A stretch of DNA of 32,000 nucleotides from Schaalia odontolytica (GTDB lineage Bacteria; Actinomycetota; Actinomycetes; Actinomycetales; Actinomycetaceae): assembly GCF_005696695.1 (NCBI RefSeq), contig NZ_CP040006.1:660001-692000 (forward strand). The letters are read 5' to 3'. The position numbers were made by a program, and so were the translations under genes. A model generated the notes under the pieces. The model ran no database searches. It was not told the origin of the DNA and worked only from the letters and a program-made list of their open reading frames with translations. Shown in pieces: positions 1 through 9,179 of this stretch; within the stretch, counting starts at the first letter, position 1, and each line of letters starts with the position of its first letter.

Positions 1-858
1 CGCGCCCTCGTCTACCTGTCGCCCGGAATGATGGGCTTCCTTCTCTTCATCGTCCTGCCTCTGATCGCGTCCCTCGTGATCTCCTTCTACGACTGGTCGA
101 TCTTCGGCGGCGGCCGCTTCATCGGAGTGGAAAACTACCGGCGCATGCTCAGCGGCGAGGACCCGGCGTTCTGGACGGTCATGCGCAACACCGTCGTGTT
201 CGCCGCCTGCTACACGGCGCTGAACCTGGTGATCTCGATCGGCCTGAGCTACTGGCTCCAGCGCGTTCCCGAGTGGCTCAGCCGCGTCCTGCGCGTCATC
301 TTCTTCATCCCGGTTGTCACGCCGATGGTCGGTAACGCGCTGATCTGGCGCCTCATGCTCTCCGACAACGGCGTGGTCAACTCGGCCCTGGCCGTCTTCG
401 GGATCGAGCACATCCCCTTCCTGAACCACCCGGCTCTTGCGATGGGTTCGCTGCTCATGATGAGCCTGTGGCAGGGCCTGGGCTACAACATCGTCGTGCT
501 CACGGCAGGCCTCAACGGCCTGAATACCTCGGTGCTCGAGGCCGCGACGATCGACGGCTGCAACGGCGTTCAGCGCTTCTTCAAGGTCGTATTCCCGATG
601 ATTTCCCCGACCGTCTTCTTCTGCACGGTCATGACGATCATCGGCGCCTTCAAGGTCTTCGCTCAGCCCTACTTCCTAACGCTGGGCGGCCCGGGCGAGG
701 CGACCAACACGATCGTGCTGGCCCTGTACCGCAACGGTTTCTCTTTCGACAAGCTCGGCTACGCGTCCGCGATGGCGTGGGTGCTTTTCGTGATTGTTAT
801 GACGGTGACGGCCCTGCAGTTCGCTGGCCAGAAGAAGTGGGTGAATTACGATGCATAA
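1..858 (+). CDS. CUT1-family ABC sugar transporter permease (MalF/UgpA-like); 5' end lies outside the window
   Basis: The frame of ORF 28..858 stays open back to nt 1 (RALVYLSPG-MMGF...). Multi-TM protein with an EAA loop, EAATIDGCNGVQRFFKVVFPMISP. Overlaps the next permease by 8 nt. Confidence 0.85.
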   Translation, partial: RALVYLSPGMMGFLLFIVLPLIASLVISFYDWSIFGGGRFIGVENYRRMLSGEDPAFWTVMRNTVVFAACYTALNLVISIGLSYWLQRVPEWLSRVLRVIFFIPVVTPMVGNALIWRLMLSDNGVVNSALAVFGIEHIPFLNHPALAMGSLLMMSLWQGLGYNIVVLTAGLNGLNTSVLEAATIDGCNGVQRFFKVVFPMISPTVFFCTVMTIIGAFKVFAQPYFLTLGGPGEATNTIVLALYRNGFSFDKLGYASAMAWVLFVIVMTVTALQFAGQKKWVNYDA

Positions 859-1675
859 CAAGAAGCGTCTTTCCACGATCATTTCGGTTGTCCTGCTCGG
901 GATTATCGCGGTCGGTTTCCTGTTCCCCTTCGTGTGGATGGTCGCGACCTCCCTTAAGCCCACAACAGAGGTCTTCAGCCTGAGTCCGACCGGCAGTCGA
1001 ATCGCCTGGGATAACTATCCGTCTGCTCTTAACTCTATTCCGTTTGGCCGAGTTGTCCTCAACTCCTTCATCGTTTCGCTGGCAGGTGCGGCCCTCGTGG
1101 TCGTCGTGTCGGTTCTGTCCGCCTACGCGTTCGCGCGTCTGCGCTTCAGGGGTCGCGATCACCTGTTCATGCTGTTCCTGGGCACGCTGGTCCTGCCCCA
1201 GGAAGTCCTCGTGATCCCGCTGTACATCGGTATGCAGCGCATGGGCCTGGTGAACTCCTACTTTGCCCTTATCGTGCCCTTCGCGTTCGGCGCTTTCGGC
1301 GCGTTCCTAATCCGGCAGTTCCTCATGTCCCTTCCCCTCGAGTTCGAGGAGGCGGCTCGTATTGACGGCTGCAGCGACTGGAAGATCCTGACGAAGATCC
1401 TGCTGCCCCTGCTCAAGGCTCCGATCACTGTGGTGGGCGTGTTCGCGTTTATCGACTACTGGTCCGCGTTCCTGTGGCCCCTCATCGTGGTTAACGATTC
1501 GTCGCTGGCGACGATCCCGCTGGGCCTGCAGATGTTCTCGGGTGAGCGCGGCACCGACTGGGGCCCGCTGATGGCCGCGGTGACGATGACGACGATCCCG
1601 TCGATCCTGCTGGTCGTGTTCCTGCAGAAGCAGCTGGAAAAGGGCGTCACCCTGGGCGCCTTCGGAGGACGATGA
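851..1675 (+). CDS. CUT1-family ABC sugar transporter permease (MalG/UgpE-like)
   Basis: 274 aa, 6 predicted TM segments, EAA loop EEAARIDGCSDWKILTKILLPLLKAP. Start overlaps the upstream stop. Confidence 0.9.
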   Translation: MHNKKRLSTIISVVLLGIIAVGFLFPFVWMVATSLKPTTEVFSLSPTGSRIAWDNYPSALNSIPFGRVVLNSFIVSLAGAALVVVVSVLSAYAFARLRFRGRDHLFMLFLGTLVLPQEVLVIPLYIGMQRMGLVNSYFALIVPFAFGAFGAFLIRQFLMSLPLEFEEAARIDGCSDWKILTKILLPLLKAPITVVGVFAFIDYWSAFLWPLIVVNDSSLATIPLGLQMFSGERGTDWGPLMAAVTMTTIPSILLVVFLQKQLEKGVTLGAFGGR

Positions 1676-3060
1676 CGAACATGAGTGACACGATGACCGA
1701 TACCGAGCGCTGGAGTGCGCTGTCCCGCCCGACCCCGCAGTGGTTTGAGGACGCCCCGCTGGGTATCTTCGTCCACTGGGGTCCCTACTCGGTCCCCGCG
1801 TGGGCCGAGGACCACGGGGAGCTGGGTGTCGAGGAGGACTGGGAGGCCTGGTTCACCCACAACTCCTACGCGGAGTGGTACTTCAACACGATTCGTATCC
1901 CGGGTTCCCCGGCCGCGCTGCGCCACAAGGACCTGTACGGGTCGGCCTCGTACGACGCGTTCCTGGATGCGTGGGACCCCGACGCGTGGGATCCGGCTGA
2001 GTGGATGCGACTCTTCCACCGTGCGGGTGCCGGCTACGCGGTGCTCACGACGAAGCACCACGACGGCGTGACCCTGTGGGATGCCCCTGAGACGGGCACG
2101 CGCAACACCGTGCGCCGAGGCCCGTGCACAGACCTCGTGGCCGGTTTCGCGGACGCCGCGCGCGACGAGGGCCTGCGGGTCGGCCTGTACTACTCGGGTG
2201 GTCTGGACTGGCACTACCGGCCCGCGCGTCCGATCCTCTCCGAGGACGACTGCAAGGACCTGTGCCGCCCGAAGGACGCCGACTACGCGCGCTACTGCTT
2301 CGTGCACGTGCGCGACCTGATCGACCGCTACCAGCCCGACGTCATCTGGAATGACATCGACTGGCCGGACGAGGGGAAGGACTTCGGCCCCTACGGCCTG
2401 GGGACGCTCTTCGAGTATTTCTACGCGGCGCGCCCCGAGGGTGTGACGAACGACCGCTACGGCGGCGTCCACGCGGACTACCTGACCAGCGAATACCAGC
2501 ACATGGGCGACTCTGAGACGAGCGGCAAGCCGTGGGAGAACTGTCGAGGCGTCGGCCTGTCCTTCGGCTACAACCGTGCAGAGGGCGAGCACCAGTACCT
2601 CAGTGGCGCGGCCGCGGTCCGTCACCTGGTGGACGTGGTCTCGCGCGGTGGGCGACTCCTGCTTAACGTGGGTCCGCGTGCCGATGGCACGATCCCGCGC
2701 GAGCAGCGTGAGTGCCTCGAGGGCCTGGGTGCCTGGAATGACCTGTACGGCGAGGAGCTGCGCGGCGTGCGTGCGCTGTCGGCCAAGGACTTCGAGGTCG
2801 TCACCGCGCAGTCCGCAGGAGACGAGGCCTGGGTCCGCCTCCTCGTTCACGAGGACCACGTCGCCGTTGTGGCGGATGCGTCCGTGATGCAGGTGTCGGG
2901 TCTGCCGAGCGGATTCGACTACTCGCGTTCCACGATTCTGACGCCGGGCGCGACGTGCTCGTGGGATGGGCAGAGCCTGACCCTGCAGGCGGGGGAGCAG
3001 CCTCCGAGCGATGCTCGCGGCGATGCTTTGCCGCTGGTCATCACAGCCCCACGGGCCTGA
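1672..3060 (+). CDS. GH29 alpha-L-fucosidase
   Basis: Motifs GIFVHWGPYSVPAW, TTKHHDGVTLWD and GLYYSGGLDW. ATGA start/stop overlap with the permease gene. Confidence 0.85.
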   Translation: MTNMSDTMTDTERWSALSRPTPQWFEDAPLGIFVHWGPYSVPAWAEDHGELGVEEDWEAWFTHNSYAEWYFNTIRIPGSPAALRHKDLYGSASYDAFLDAWDPDAWDPAEWMRLFHRAGAGYAVLTTKHHDGVTLWDAPETGTRNTVRRGPCTDLVAGFADAARDEGLRVGLYYSGGLDWHYRPARPILSEDDCKDLCRPKDADYARYCFVHVRDLIDRYQPDVIWNDIDWPDEGKDFGPYGLGTLFEYFYAARPEGVTNDRYGGVHADYLTSEYQHMGDSETSGKPWENCRGVGLSFGYNRAEGEHQYLSGAAAVRHLVDVVSRGGRLLLNVGPRADGTIPREQRECLEGLGAWNDLYGEELRGVRALSAKDFEVVTAQSAGDEAWVRLLVHEDHVAVVADASVMQVSGLPSGFDYSRSTILTPGATCSWDGQSLTLQAGEQPPSDARGDALPLVITAPRA

Positions 3061-3066
3061 GATGAG

Positions 3067-3107
3067 GTTGTCGGCGCGGGCCTTGGGCTCGCGCCGACAA
3101 CTTTTTT
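3067..3107 (+). terminator. Rho-independent terminator between the convergent fucosidase and TauE genes
   Basis: Perfect 12-bp stem GTTGTCGGCGCG (3067-3078) / CGCGCCGACAAC (3090-3101), followed by TTTTTT (3102-3107). Confidence 0.8.
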
Positions 3108-3846
3108 AAAGGAGCAGCGGCAGCGTCGCGACTATCGTCGTCGCGATGACGAGGGGTTCGAAGATGCGCAGGGGGATGCGGGTTGCCAGGCGGCGCCCCG
3201 CCCACGCGCAGGCAAGGACAACGGGTGCCAGCAGCCCGATGAGGGGCAAGTGCTCGAGGCGTAGCAGGCCCATGCCGATCGTGAAGGGTGCCTTGATGAC
3301 GTTCACCGTGAAGAAGAACCATGCCGTGGTGCCCAGGAACTCGCTCACCGAAAAGCGTGAGGCCAGGAAGTACATGGAGGTCACCGGCCCGCCCGCGTTC
3401 GCCGCCATCGTCGTGAAACCCGCGAGCGTCCCGTAGGCGGCTCGAGCGACGCGCCCCTGGCTGACGCGCGGAGGCCCCCAACGGCGCTGGGCGAGCGTCA
3501 CGATGACGAGGAGCAGGAGGATTGCTCCGATGGCACGGCGCATCTGCGCCTGCGTGGTCACCGCCAGCAGGAGAGCCCCGAGCCCCACGCCGGCCAGCAC
3601 CGACGGGACGAGACGCCGCAGGACCGCCGTATTTGCGTCGCGCCGGTACGCCCACAGGGCGATCGCATCACCGATGAGGAGCAGGGCGAGCATGACGCCC
3701 GTCGACTCTTTCGCGGGCAGCACCAGGGCGAAGAGCGCCGCAGCGACTGAGGCAAGCCCGGGCACGGCGGTCTTCGCCAGCCCGGTGAGGGCTGCGGCCG
3801 CGATGAGGGCGACCCAGGTGAGGGCGGTCAGCGTCGACAGATCCAT
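3106..3846 (-). CDS. TauE/SafE (DUF81) family sulfite/anion exporter
   Basis: Highly hydrophobic, about 8 TM, Gly/Ala/Leu-rich repeats typical of DUF81. The ORF track starts at 3852, but the AAGGA RBS (3853-3857) abuts that ATG and sits 6 nt from the ATG at 3846. Confidence 0.7.
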   Translation of the reverse strand: MDLSTLTALTWVALIAAAALTGLAKTAVPGLASVAAALFALVLPAKESTGVMLALLLIGDAIALWAYRRDANTAVLRRLVPSVLAGVGLGALLLAVTTQAQMRRAIGAILLLLVIVTLAQRRWGPPRVSQGRVARAAYGTLAGFTTMAANAGGPVTSMYFLASRFSVSEFLGTTAWFFFTVNVIKAPFTIGMGLLRLEHLPLIGLLAPVVLACAWAGRRLATRIPLRIFEPLVIATTIVATLPLLL

Positions 3847-3948
3847 GAGCATTCCTTGCAGGCTAGGGAGAGAGAATTACGCCGAACCACCTCAGTGGGA
3901 GCGTACGTCACGCGCAGCATGTTGCGTGCCACGCCGCTGGAGAGCAGC

Positions 3949-3981
3949 GGGGGTGGAAACGAACGAGTCGCTTCCACCCCC
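3949..3981 (-). terminator. GC-rich hairpin downstream of iolE
   Basis: GGGGGTGGAA (3949-3958) / TTCCACCCCC (3972-3981), perfect 10-bp stem. No clear U-tract. Confidence 0.45.
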
Positions 3982-4022
3982 ATATGATTCGCGCGGGAAG
4001 TTGAGGAACCGCGCGAAGCTGC

Positions 4023-4949
4023 TCACTGACCCAGCAGCGTGCCCTTCACGTAGTCGCGTGCGATGTGCGCGTACTCGAGCGGAGGAGCGATCTTCGGATC
4101 CTGCTCGGCCTCAACCAGGATCCAGCCCTTGTATCCGTGCTCAACGAGGAAGGCGTAGGGCTCGGTGAAATCGATGGTGCCGTCGCCGGGAACCGTGAAC
4201 ATACCGGCGAGGAAGGAATCCAGGAAGGAACGCTTGGCCTGGCGGGACTCTTCCATCTTGGCGGGGCGTACGTCCTTGAAGTGCACGTGCTTGATGCGGT
4301 CGATTGCGCCACGCAGCAGGCCCATGACGTCGCCGTCGCCCACGAATGCGTGGCCCGTGTCGAAGAGCAGGGAGACCTTGTCCGGGTTGGTCAGCTCGAG
4401 CAGGCGCAGCGTCTCGTCCTTGGTCTGAACGACGGTGCCCAGGTGGTGGTGGTAGACCAGGTCAAGGCCGTACTCGTGGGCGATTTCGCCGAGCTTGTTC
4501 AGGCCCTCGGCCAGGACCGGCCACTCCTCATCCTTGAGGACGGGCTTGTTCTCGAAGATGCAGATGTCGCGGACGCCCTGCACCGAGCCGGTCTGCTCGG
4601 AGACAACAACGCGGGTCGCGCCCAGGAACTGCAGGTACTCGCAGGTGGTGCGGAAGTCCGGGATGACAGCCTCGACGCCGTCGCGGACGATGAAGCTGGA
4701 GAACCACTGGGCGACGATCTTCAGGCCCGCGGCGTCGGCCTTTTCCTTCGTCTCTTCCTTCGAGGGGTACCAGCCGGCGACCTCGGTGCCAGCAAAGCCG
4801 GCCTCGGCCAGGTCGTCGAACATGACGTCGATGGTGTTCCATTCGCCGACCTCGGGAATGTCGTCGTTGCGCCATGCGATGGGGTGCATGCCCCAGGTGA
4901 TGCCATTGGGGTCGTTGATCGCGGTTGCGGGATCGTAGACGTGAGTCAT
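4023..4949 (-). CDS. iolE: Inosose (2-keto-myo-inositol) dehydratase IolE, xylose-isomerase-like TIM barrel
   Basis: The N-terminus GITWGMHPIAWRNDDIPEVG matches the IolE signature (B. subtilis WGIAPIGWRNDDIP). GGAGAG RBS upstream of the ATG at 4949. Confidence 0.9.
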   Translation of the reverse strand: MTHVYDPATAINDPNGITWGMHPIAWRNDDIPEVGEWNTIDVMFDDLAEAGFAGTEVAGWYPSKEETKEKADAAGLKIVAQWFSSFIVRDGVEAVIPDFRTTCEYLQFLGATRVVVSEQTGSVQGVRDICIFENKPVLKDEEWPVLAEGLNKLGEIAHEYGLDLVYHHHLGTVVQTKDETLRLLELTNPDKVSLLFDTGHAFVGDGDVMGLLRGAIDRIKHVHFKDVRPAKMEESRQAKRSFLDSFLAGMFTVPGDGTIDFTEPYAFLVEHGYKGWILVEAEQDPKIAPPLEYAHIARDYVKGTLLGQ

Positions 4950-5023
4950 TGCAGCTCTCCTATGAGTCGCGGTGTTGCATCGGCCAGTGTGCCGGTGTCA
5001 GTGATTCTAGCAGAAAATGGATG

Positions 5024-5037
5024 TTTGTTCAGACAAA
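5024..5037. promoter_or_regulatory. Putative IolR-type operator TTTGTTCAGACAAA, 75 nt upstream of iolE
   Basis: A 6-2-6 palindrome belonging to the motif family found at 7 promoter regions of this cluster. Confidence 0.55.
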
Positions 5038-5087
5038 TCAAGGGGTTAGAGGAGGGCGGGGACGCCCCAGCGCCCCCGCCTCATCGA

Positions 5088-6746
5088 TCAGGAGAAGCGT
5101 TCCTCCATCTCCTTCTCGATCTCCTCCAGCGACTTACCCGAGGTCTCGGGCATCACGCGGTAGAGGATGACGGCAACCACGAGGTTGACGACACCGTAGA
5201 TGGTGTAGGTGAGGCCACCGCCCAGGCCCTCGATCATGACCGGGAAGGTCCAGCCGACGATGGCGTTGACGATCCACAGGCAGAAGACGGCGGTGCCGTT
5301 CATGACGCCACGGACGTTGTTCGGGAAAATCTCACCCATCATGGTCCACACGATCGTGCCGTTCGAGGACTGAACGATCAGCATGAACACGGCCATGAGG
5401 CCGAGGATGACGTAAGCGGCCCACGCCGGAGGCGTCTGCTGCGCGTTCATGTAGGGGGCGATCATGAACTGGAAGACCGCGGCGATCGTGAGGAGGCAGA
5501 TGCCCACGCCGATGACGTCCGCGATGAGGATCTGACGACGGCGGAACTTCAGGATCAGCCAGATGCCGAGGGCGGAGCCGACCACGGACATGACGCCGTT
5601 AGCGACCTGGGCGATAATCGCGGAGGACGTATCCATGCCCGCGTACTGCAGGACCTTGGGGGCGTAGTACATGACGGTGTTGACGCCCGTCAGCTGGTTG
5701 GTCGTGCCCAGGAAGATGCCGACGATCATGAGCTTGCGCAGCCACGGGGTACGCCACACGTGGCCGAAGCCCTTGTGCTCGCTGGCAGTCTCGGCCTGGT
5801 GGACGGCCACGATGTCCTTGAGCTCATCCACGATGGGGCCATCGACGGCCTCGTTGCGCACGCGCTTGAGAGCGCCGATTGCCTCGTACAGGCGGTCCTT
5901 GGCCACGTACCAACGCGAGGACTCGGGCATCAGGCGGATGCCGATCCACAGGGCGATGGCAGGGATCGAGCACAGGACGATCATGTAGCGCCACGTGTCA
6001 CCATTGCCTGCCGTGACGGTCAGCTGCGAAAGGAACTCGTGGTATTGCGCGGTGCTCAGGGTGCCGCCGCGCGAGGCCTGCATGAGGGCAAGGGTGTCGA
6101 AGTTGATCGTCTGGCCGATGTACTCGGCGGGGAGCAGGCCGGAGGGGTCAGCGGTGACGGTCAGCTCGGGGCCGCCGCGCATCGTGGCGATGAGCGCGTT
6201 GATTGAGAAGGCCAGGAGCTGGCCGGTGACGATCATCAGCTGGTCGACGGCGACGATAGCACCGCGGATACGCTTGGGCGCGGTCTCAGCGAGGTAGACC
6301 GGAACCGTGGCGGAGGCGCCACCAACGGCGAAGCCGAGAATCGCGCGGAAGATGTACATCACCCACACGTTGGGGGAGATGGCGTTGCCGACGGCACCGA
6401 AGAAGAACAGGATCGCCAGGAGCGTGATGTTGTGGCGACGGCCCCAGCGGTCGGACATGATGCCACCGAACAGGGCGCCGAATGCGGCGCCGAGGAGGAG
6501 AACGCCGGAGATGCCGCCCTCTTCCAGAGCCGTCAGGCCGAGGCCGTGAGCACCGAAGGGCATGTACATGTAGGGCAGCGCGCCGGAGATAACGCCCGTG
6601 TCGTAACCGAAGAGCAGGGAGCCGAGGGTGGCGACGGCAGCGATGGCGAAAACGCCACGGCGGGGCCCGGACGCGGGTGTCTTCTCAACTGCGTCATGCA
6701 GCTGAGCTGGTGTCACCGTCGTGAGCGACAGGTTTTTGCTGGACAT
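5088..6746 (-). CDS. iolT: MFS sugar-porter family inositol transporter (IolT-like)
   Basis: GSLLFGYDTGVISGALP, DRWGRR and PESSRWY sugar-porter signatures, 12 TM. AAGGAA RBS. Lies within the iol cluster. Confidence 0.85.
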   Translation of the reverse strand: MSSKNLSLTTVTPAQLHDAVEKTPASGPRRGVFAIAAVATLGSLLFGYDTGVISGALPYMYMPFGAHGLGLTALEEGGISGVLLLGAAFGALFGGIMSDRWGRRHNITLLAILFFFGAVGNAISPNVWVMYIFRAILGFAVGGASATVPVYLAETAPKRIRGAIVAVDQLMIVTGQLLAFSINALIATMRGGPELTVTADPSGLLPAEYIGQTINFDTLALMQASRGGTLSTAQYHEFLSQLTVTAGNGDTWRYMIVLCSIPAIALWIGIRLMPESSRWYVAKDRLYEAIGALKRVRNEAVDGPIVDELKDIVAVHQAETASEHKGFGHVWRTPWLRKLMIVGIFLGTTNQLTGVNTVMYYAPKVLQYAGMDTSSAIIAQVANGVMSVVGSALGIWLILKFRRRQILIADVIGVGICLLTIAAVFQFMIAPYMNAQQTPPAWAAYVILGLMAVFMLIVQSSNGTIVWTMMGEIFPNNVRGVMNGTAVFCLWIVNAIVGWTFPVMIEGLGGGLTYTIYGVVNLVVAVILYRVMPETSGKSLEEIEKEMEERFS

Positions 6747-6780
6747 GGAATTCCTTAACTACGTTGTTGGAACAGGGTAA

Positions 6781-7974
6781 TTACCGATCGAAGGTGGTGG
6801 GGGCCGACACGCGAGGGACCGTGTGCCAGGCACCGTCCGCTGCGGAAGCCACCACTGCCTCGTCGACTTCCGCGGCGCACCACGCGTCCGCGGCTGAGGG
6901 GGCAAGCTGGGTGGAGGTGGCAATCGAGGAGAGGAACTGCTGCGCCTCGATCACCTTCATGTCGTCAAAGCCCATCGAGGTGCCGATGGCGGGCTGGAAG
7001 TGAGCCCACTGGCCCCACGCCGGGTTGGCCATGGCGCGCGTGTAGCCGTGGGTGGGGCCACCGTCGCCGATGCATACCTCCAGCTCGTTGAAGCGCTCGA
7101 AATTCCAGCGCACGCTGCCCTCGGTGCCGTACACCTCGACAACGTATTCGGCGCGCGGGCCGACGCTGACGCGAGACGATTCCAGGGTGCCGACGGCACC
7201 ATTGTCGAAGCGCACCAGTGCCGCGACGTAGTCTTCGTTTTCGACCGGTCCGACCTCGTCGCCGATCTCAAAGCCGGAGTGGCCCACACCCATCTTCGTG
7301 GGGATCGGGCGCTCCTTGATGAAGGTATCGGTGATGGCGCTGACCGAGTCGATGCGGCCCACGACGTACTGGGCCAGGTCCGCTCCGTGGCTCATCAGGT
7401 CGGGCACGACACCGGCGCCGGCCTTCTCGCGCGATGCGCGCCACGTGAGGGGAGAGAGCGGCGAGGAGTTGTAGTCGGCGATGAACCACACGCGCACGTT
7501 CGTGATGCGGCCCAGCGAGCCGTCGCGCACGAGGGTGCGCATGTATTCGATGGCCGGCGTGTGGCGGTAGTTGAAGCCGACGGCGCTCACCAGGCCCGCC
7601 TTTTCGGCGGCAAGCGCGATCTCGCGGGACTGCGCGGCGTTCACGCCCATCGGCTTTTCGATCCAGAAGGGCTTGCCGGCCTCGATCGCAGCCATGGCGA
7701 TCTCGTGGTGCAGGAAGTTGGGGGAGGCGATGGAGACTGCGTCGACCTCGGGGTCGGCGAGCAGGTCTCGGTAGTCTTCGTACGCGCGCTCGAATCCGAG
7801 GATATCGAGAGCGTCTTCGCGTGCTTGGGGGACCGGGTCGGCGGCCGCGACCAGGCGGGGCGCGACCTCAAGGTCGGGGAAATGCTTCGTGACGTTGGCG
7901 TAGGCACGCGAGTGAAGGCGTCCCATCCAACCCAAAGAGATGACACCGATGCCGAGAGGCTTTCGTGTTGTCAT
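6781..7974 (-). CDS. Gfo/Idh/MocA family NAD(P)-dependent oxidoreductase (inositol/inosose dehydrogenase-like)
   Basis: Rossmann N-terminus GIGVISLGWMGRLHSRAY and an EKP motif (FWIEKPMG). Start set at ATG 7974, which is preceded by AAGGAG. The ORF-track start at 8088 would run across the operator region. Confidence 0.8.
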   Translation of the reverse strand: MTTRKPLGIGVISLGWMGRLHSRAYANVTKHFPDLEVAPRLVAAADPVPQAREDALDILGFERAYEDYRDLLADPEVDAVSIASPNFLHHEIAMAAIEAGKPFWIEKPMGVNAAQSREIALAAEKAGLVSAVGFNYRHTPAIEYMRTLVRDGSLGRITNVRVWFIADYNSSPLSPLTWRASREKAGAGVVPDLMSHGADLAQYVVGRIDSVSAITDTFIKERPIPTKMGVGHSGFEIGDEVGPVENEDYVAALVRFDNGAVGTLESSRVSVGPRAEYVVEVYGTEGSVRWNFERFNELEVCIGDGGPTHGYTRAMANPAWGQWAHFQPAIGTSMGFDDMKVIEAQQFLSSIATSTQLAPSAADAWCAAEVDEAVVASAADGAWHTVPRVSAPTTFDR

Positions 7975-8035
7975 AGGTTGCTCCTTGCTACATTGCGGGG
8001 AAGGCGCGTATCGGCTCTGAAAACGCGCGTTACCA

Positions 8036-8078
8036 TTTGGCATGACAAACTCTAGCCTAATTTCTTTGTCCTGACAAG
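8036..8078. promoter_or_regulatory. Two putative IolR-type operators upstream of the oxidoreductase-iolT operon
   Basis: TTTGGCATGACAAA (8036-8049) and TTTGTCCTGACAAG (8065-8078), with centres 29 bp apart. Confidence 0.5.
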
Positions 8079-8108
8079 GGGAGGACAAGGGGTGACATGC
8101 GAAAAGGG

Positions 8109-9104
8109 CTAGGCACCTCGTCGAGTCGAAGATTGACGCACGATGAGACGGGGAACAGTGCTCAGAGTCGTCGCCTCATGAGAGGGTGCAGAGAGTACCG
8201 ATGAGACGGTCGCCTGTGCGAGCTTTTGGGGATTCTGATTGATCGACGAGATCTCGAAGCCGGGGCGGCGTGCCAGGTCGATGTCGTCGTAGCCGACGAT
8301 GCCCAGGTCGCTCCCGAGGACGAGGCCGTGGCGGTAAGCGGCGGTCGCGGCGTGCGTCGCGACCATGTCGTTAAAGGCAATCAGCGCGGGAGTCGGCATC
8401 TGTGCCGCGGCCGCGACCGACGCCTCCACGTCGGCGCCATCCAATTCGAGCAGGTCCATGCCCTCGCGCGCAGCTGCTCGCCGGCACTGTGCAACGCGCT
8501 CAAACACGATGGCCTCCCGGTGAGACGGGGGAGGGGAGAGGTAGCACAGGGATCGGTATCCCTGTGAGAGCAGGTGAGAGACGATGGCCCGGGCTGCTGC
8601 GGCCTCGTCGATTCGAACCGCCCAGATCGTGCCGTCAGGAACGCTGCGATCCAGCGTGCAGACCGTGACGCGGCGCGACAAAGTGACAAGCTCGTCGGTC
8701 GACTGCGACGTGCCGATGAAAATGATGCCGGCGGGATGCATTCCGATCGCTTCGGCGATCGTGTCGCGCTCGACCTGAGACGACCTCGTCAGGTCCGACA
8801 CCATCACGATGAGCGAGTAGCCGCGCGCGGATGCCGCAACGCGCAGGTTGCTGGAGAGCTCATCGAAATACGGGTTGGTCAGGTACGGGAGAATGAGGAC
8901 GAGGCGCTTCGAATGTCCACCAGCCAGCTCGGCTGCTGCGGAATGTGGGTAGTAGCCGAGTTTTTGTGCTGTGTCGCGAATGTGGGCGCGCGTCGCCTCG
9001 CTCATGCGACCACCGCCGGATAGTGCCTGAGAGACGAGGCCTCGGGAGACGCCCGCCGCTTTGGCGACGTCGGACTGCGTCACGGGACGCTCGCGTGCGG
9101 CCAT
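8109..9104 (-). CDS. LacI/GalR family transcriptional regulator
   Basis: HTH VTQSDVAKAAGVSRGLVSQALSG followed by a periplasmic-binding-protein-like sugar-binding domain. Start at ATG 9104, preceded by AAGGAGG. Confidence 0.85.
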   Translation of the reverse strand: MAARERPVTQSDVAKAAGVSRGLVSQALSGGGRMSEATRAHIRDTAQKLGYYPHSAAAELAGGHSKRLVLILPYLTNPYFDELSSNLRVAASARGYSLIVMVSDLTRSSQVERDTIAEAIGMHPAGIIFIGTSQSTDELVTLSRRVTVCTLDRSVPDGTIWAVRIDEAAAARAIVSHLLSQGYRSLCYLSPPPSHREAIVFERVAQCRRAAAREGMDLLELDGADVEASVAAAAQMPTPALIAFNDMVATHAATAAYRHGLVLGSDLGIVGYDDIDLARRPGFEISSINQNPQKLAQATVSSVLSAPSHEATTLSTVPRLIVRQSSTRRGA

Positions 9105-9132
9105 GGCCACCTCCTTTACTCGCACACTATAC

Positions 9133-9170
9133 GAAAGTCCCGGCGGGGAGGGAACCCCGCCGGGACTTTC
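9133..9170 (-). terminator. Strong hairpin terminator after the dehydrogenase gene
   Basis: Perfect 16-bp stem GAAAGTCCCGGCGGGG / CCCCGCCGGGACTTTC with a 6-nt loop. Confidence 0.7.
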
Positions 9171-9179
9171 GAGACGCTA

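Noticed and set aside
4065-6206. 713-aa plus-strand ORF. Similar long antisense ORFs lie at 1456-2859, 10186-11391, 13220-14155, 18304-20277, 20169-21167, 21280-23025, 23268-24311, 24402-25622 and 29062-30507.
   Set aside because: Each overlaps a well-supported gene on the opposite strand or in another frame. All have the same biased shadow-ORF composition (G/D/V/A/R/H or P/R/A rich) and no motifs. They are treated as artefacts of GC content.
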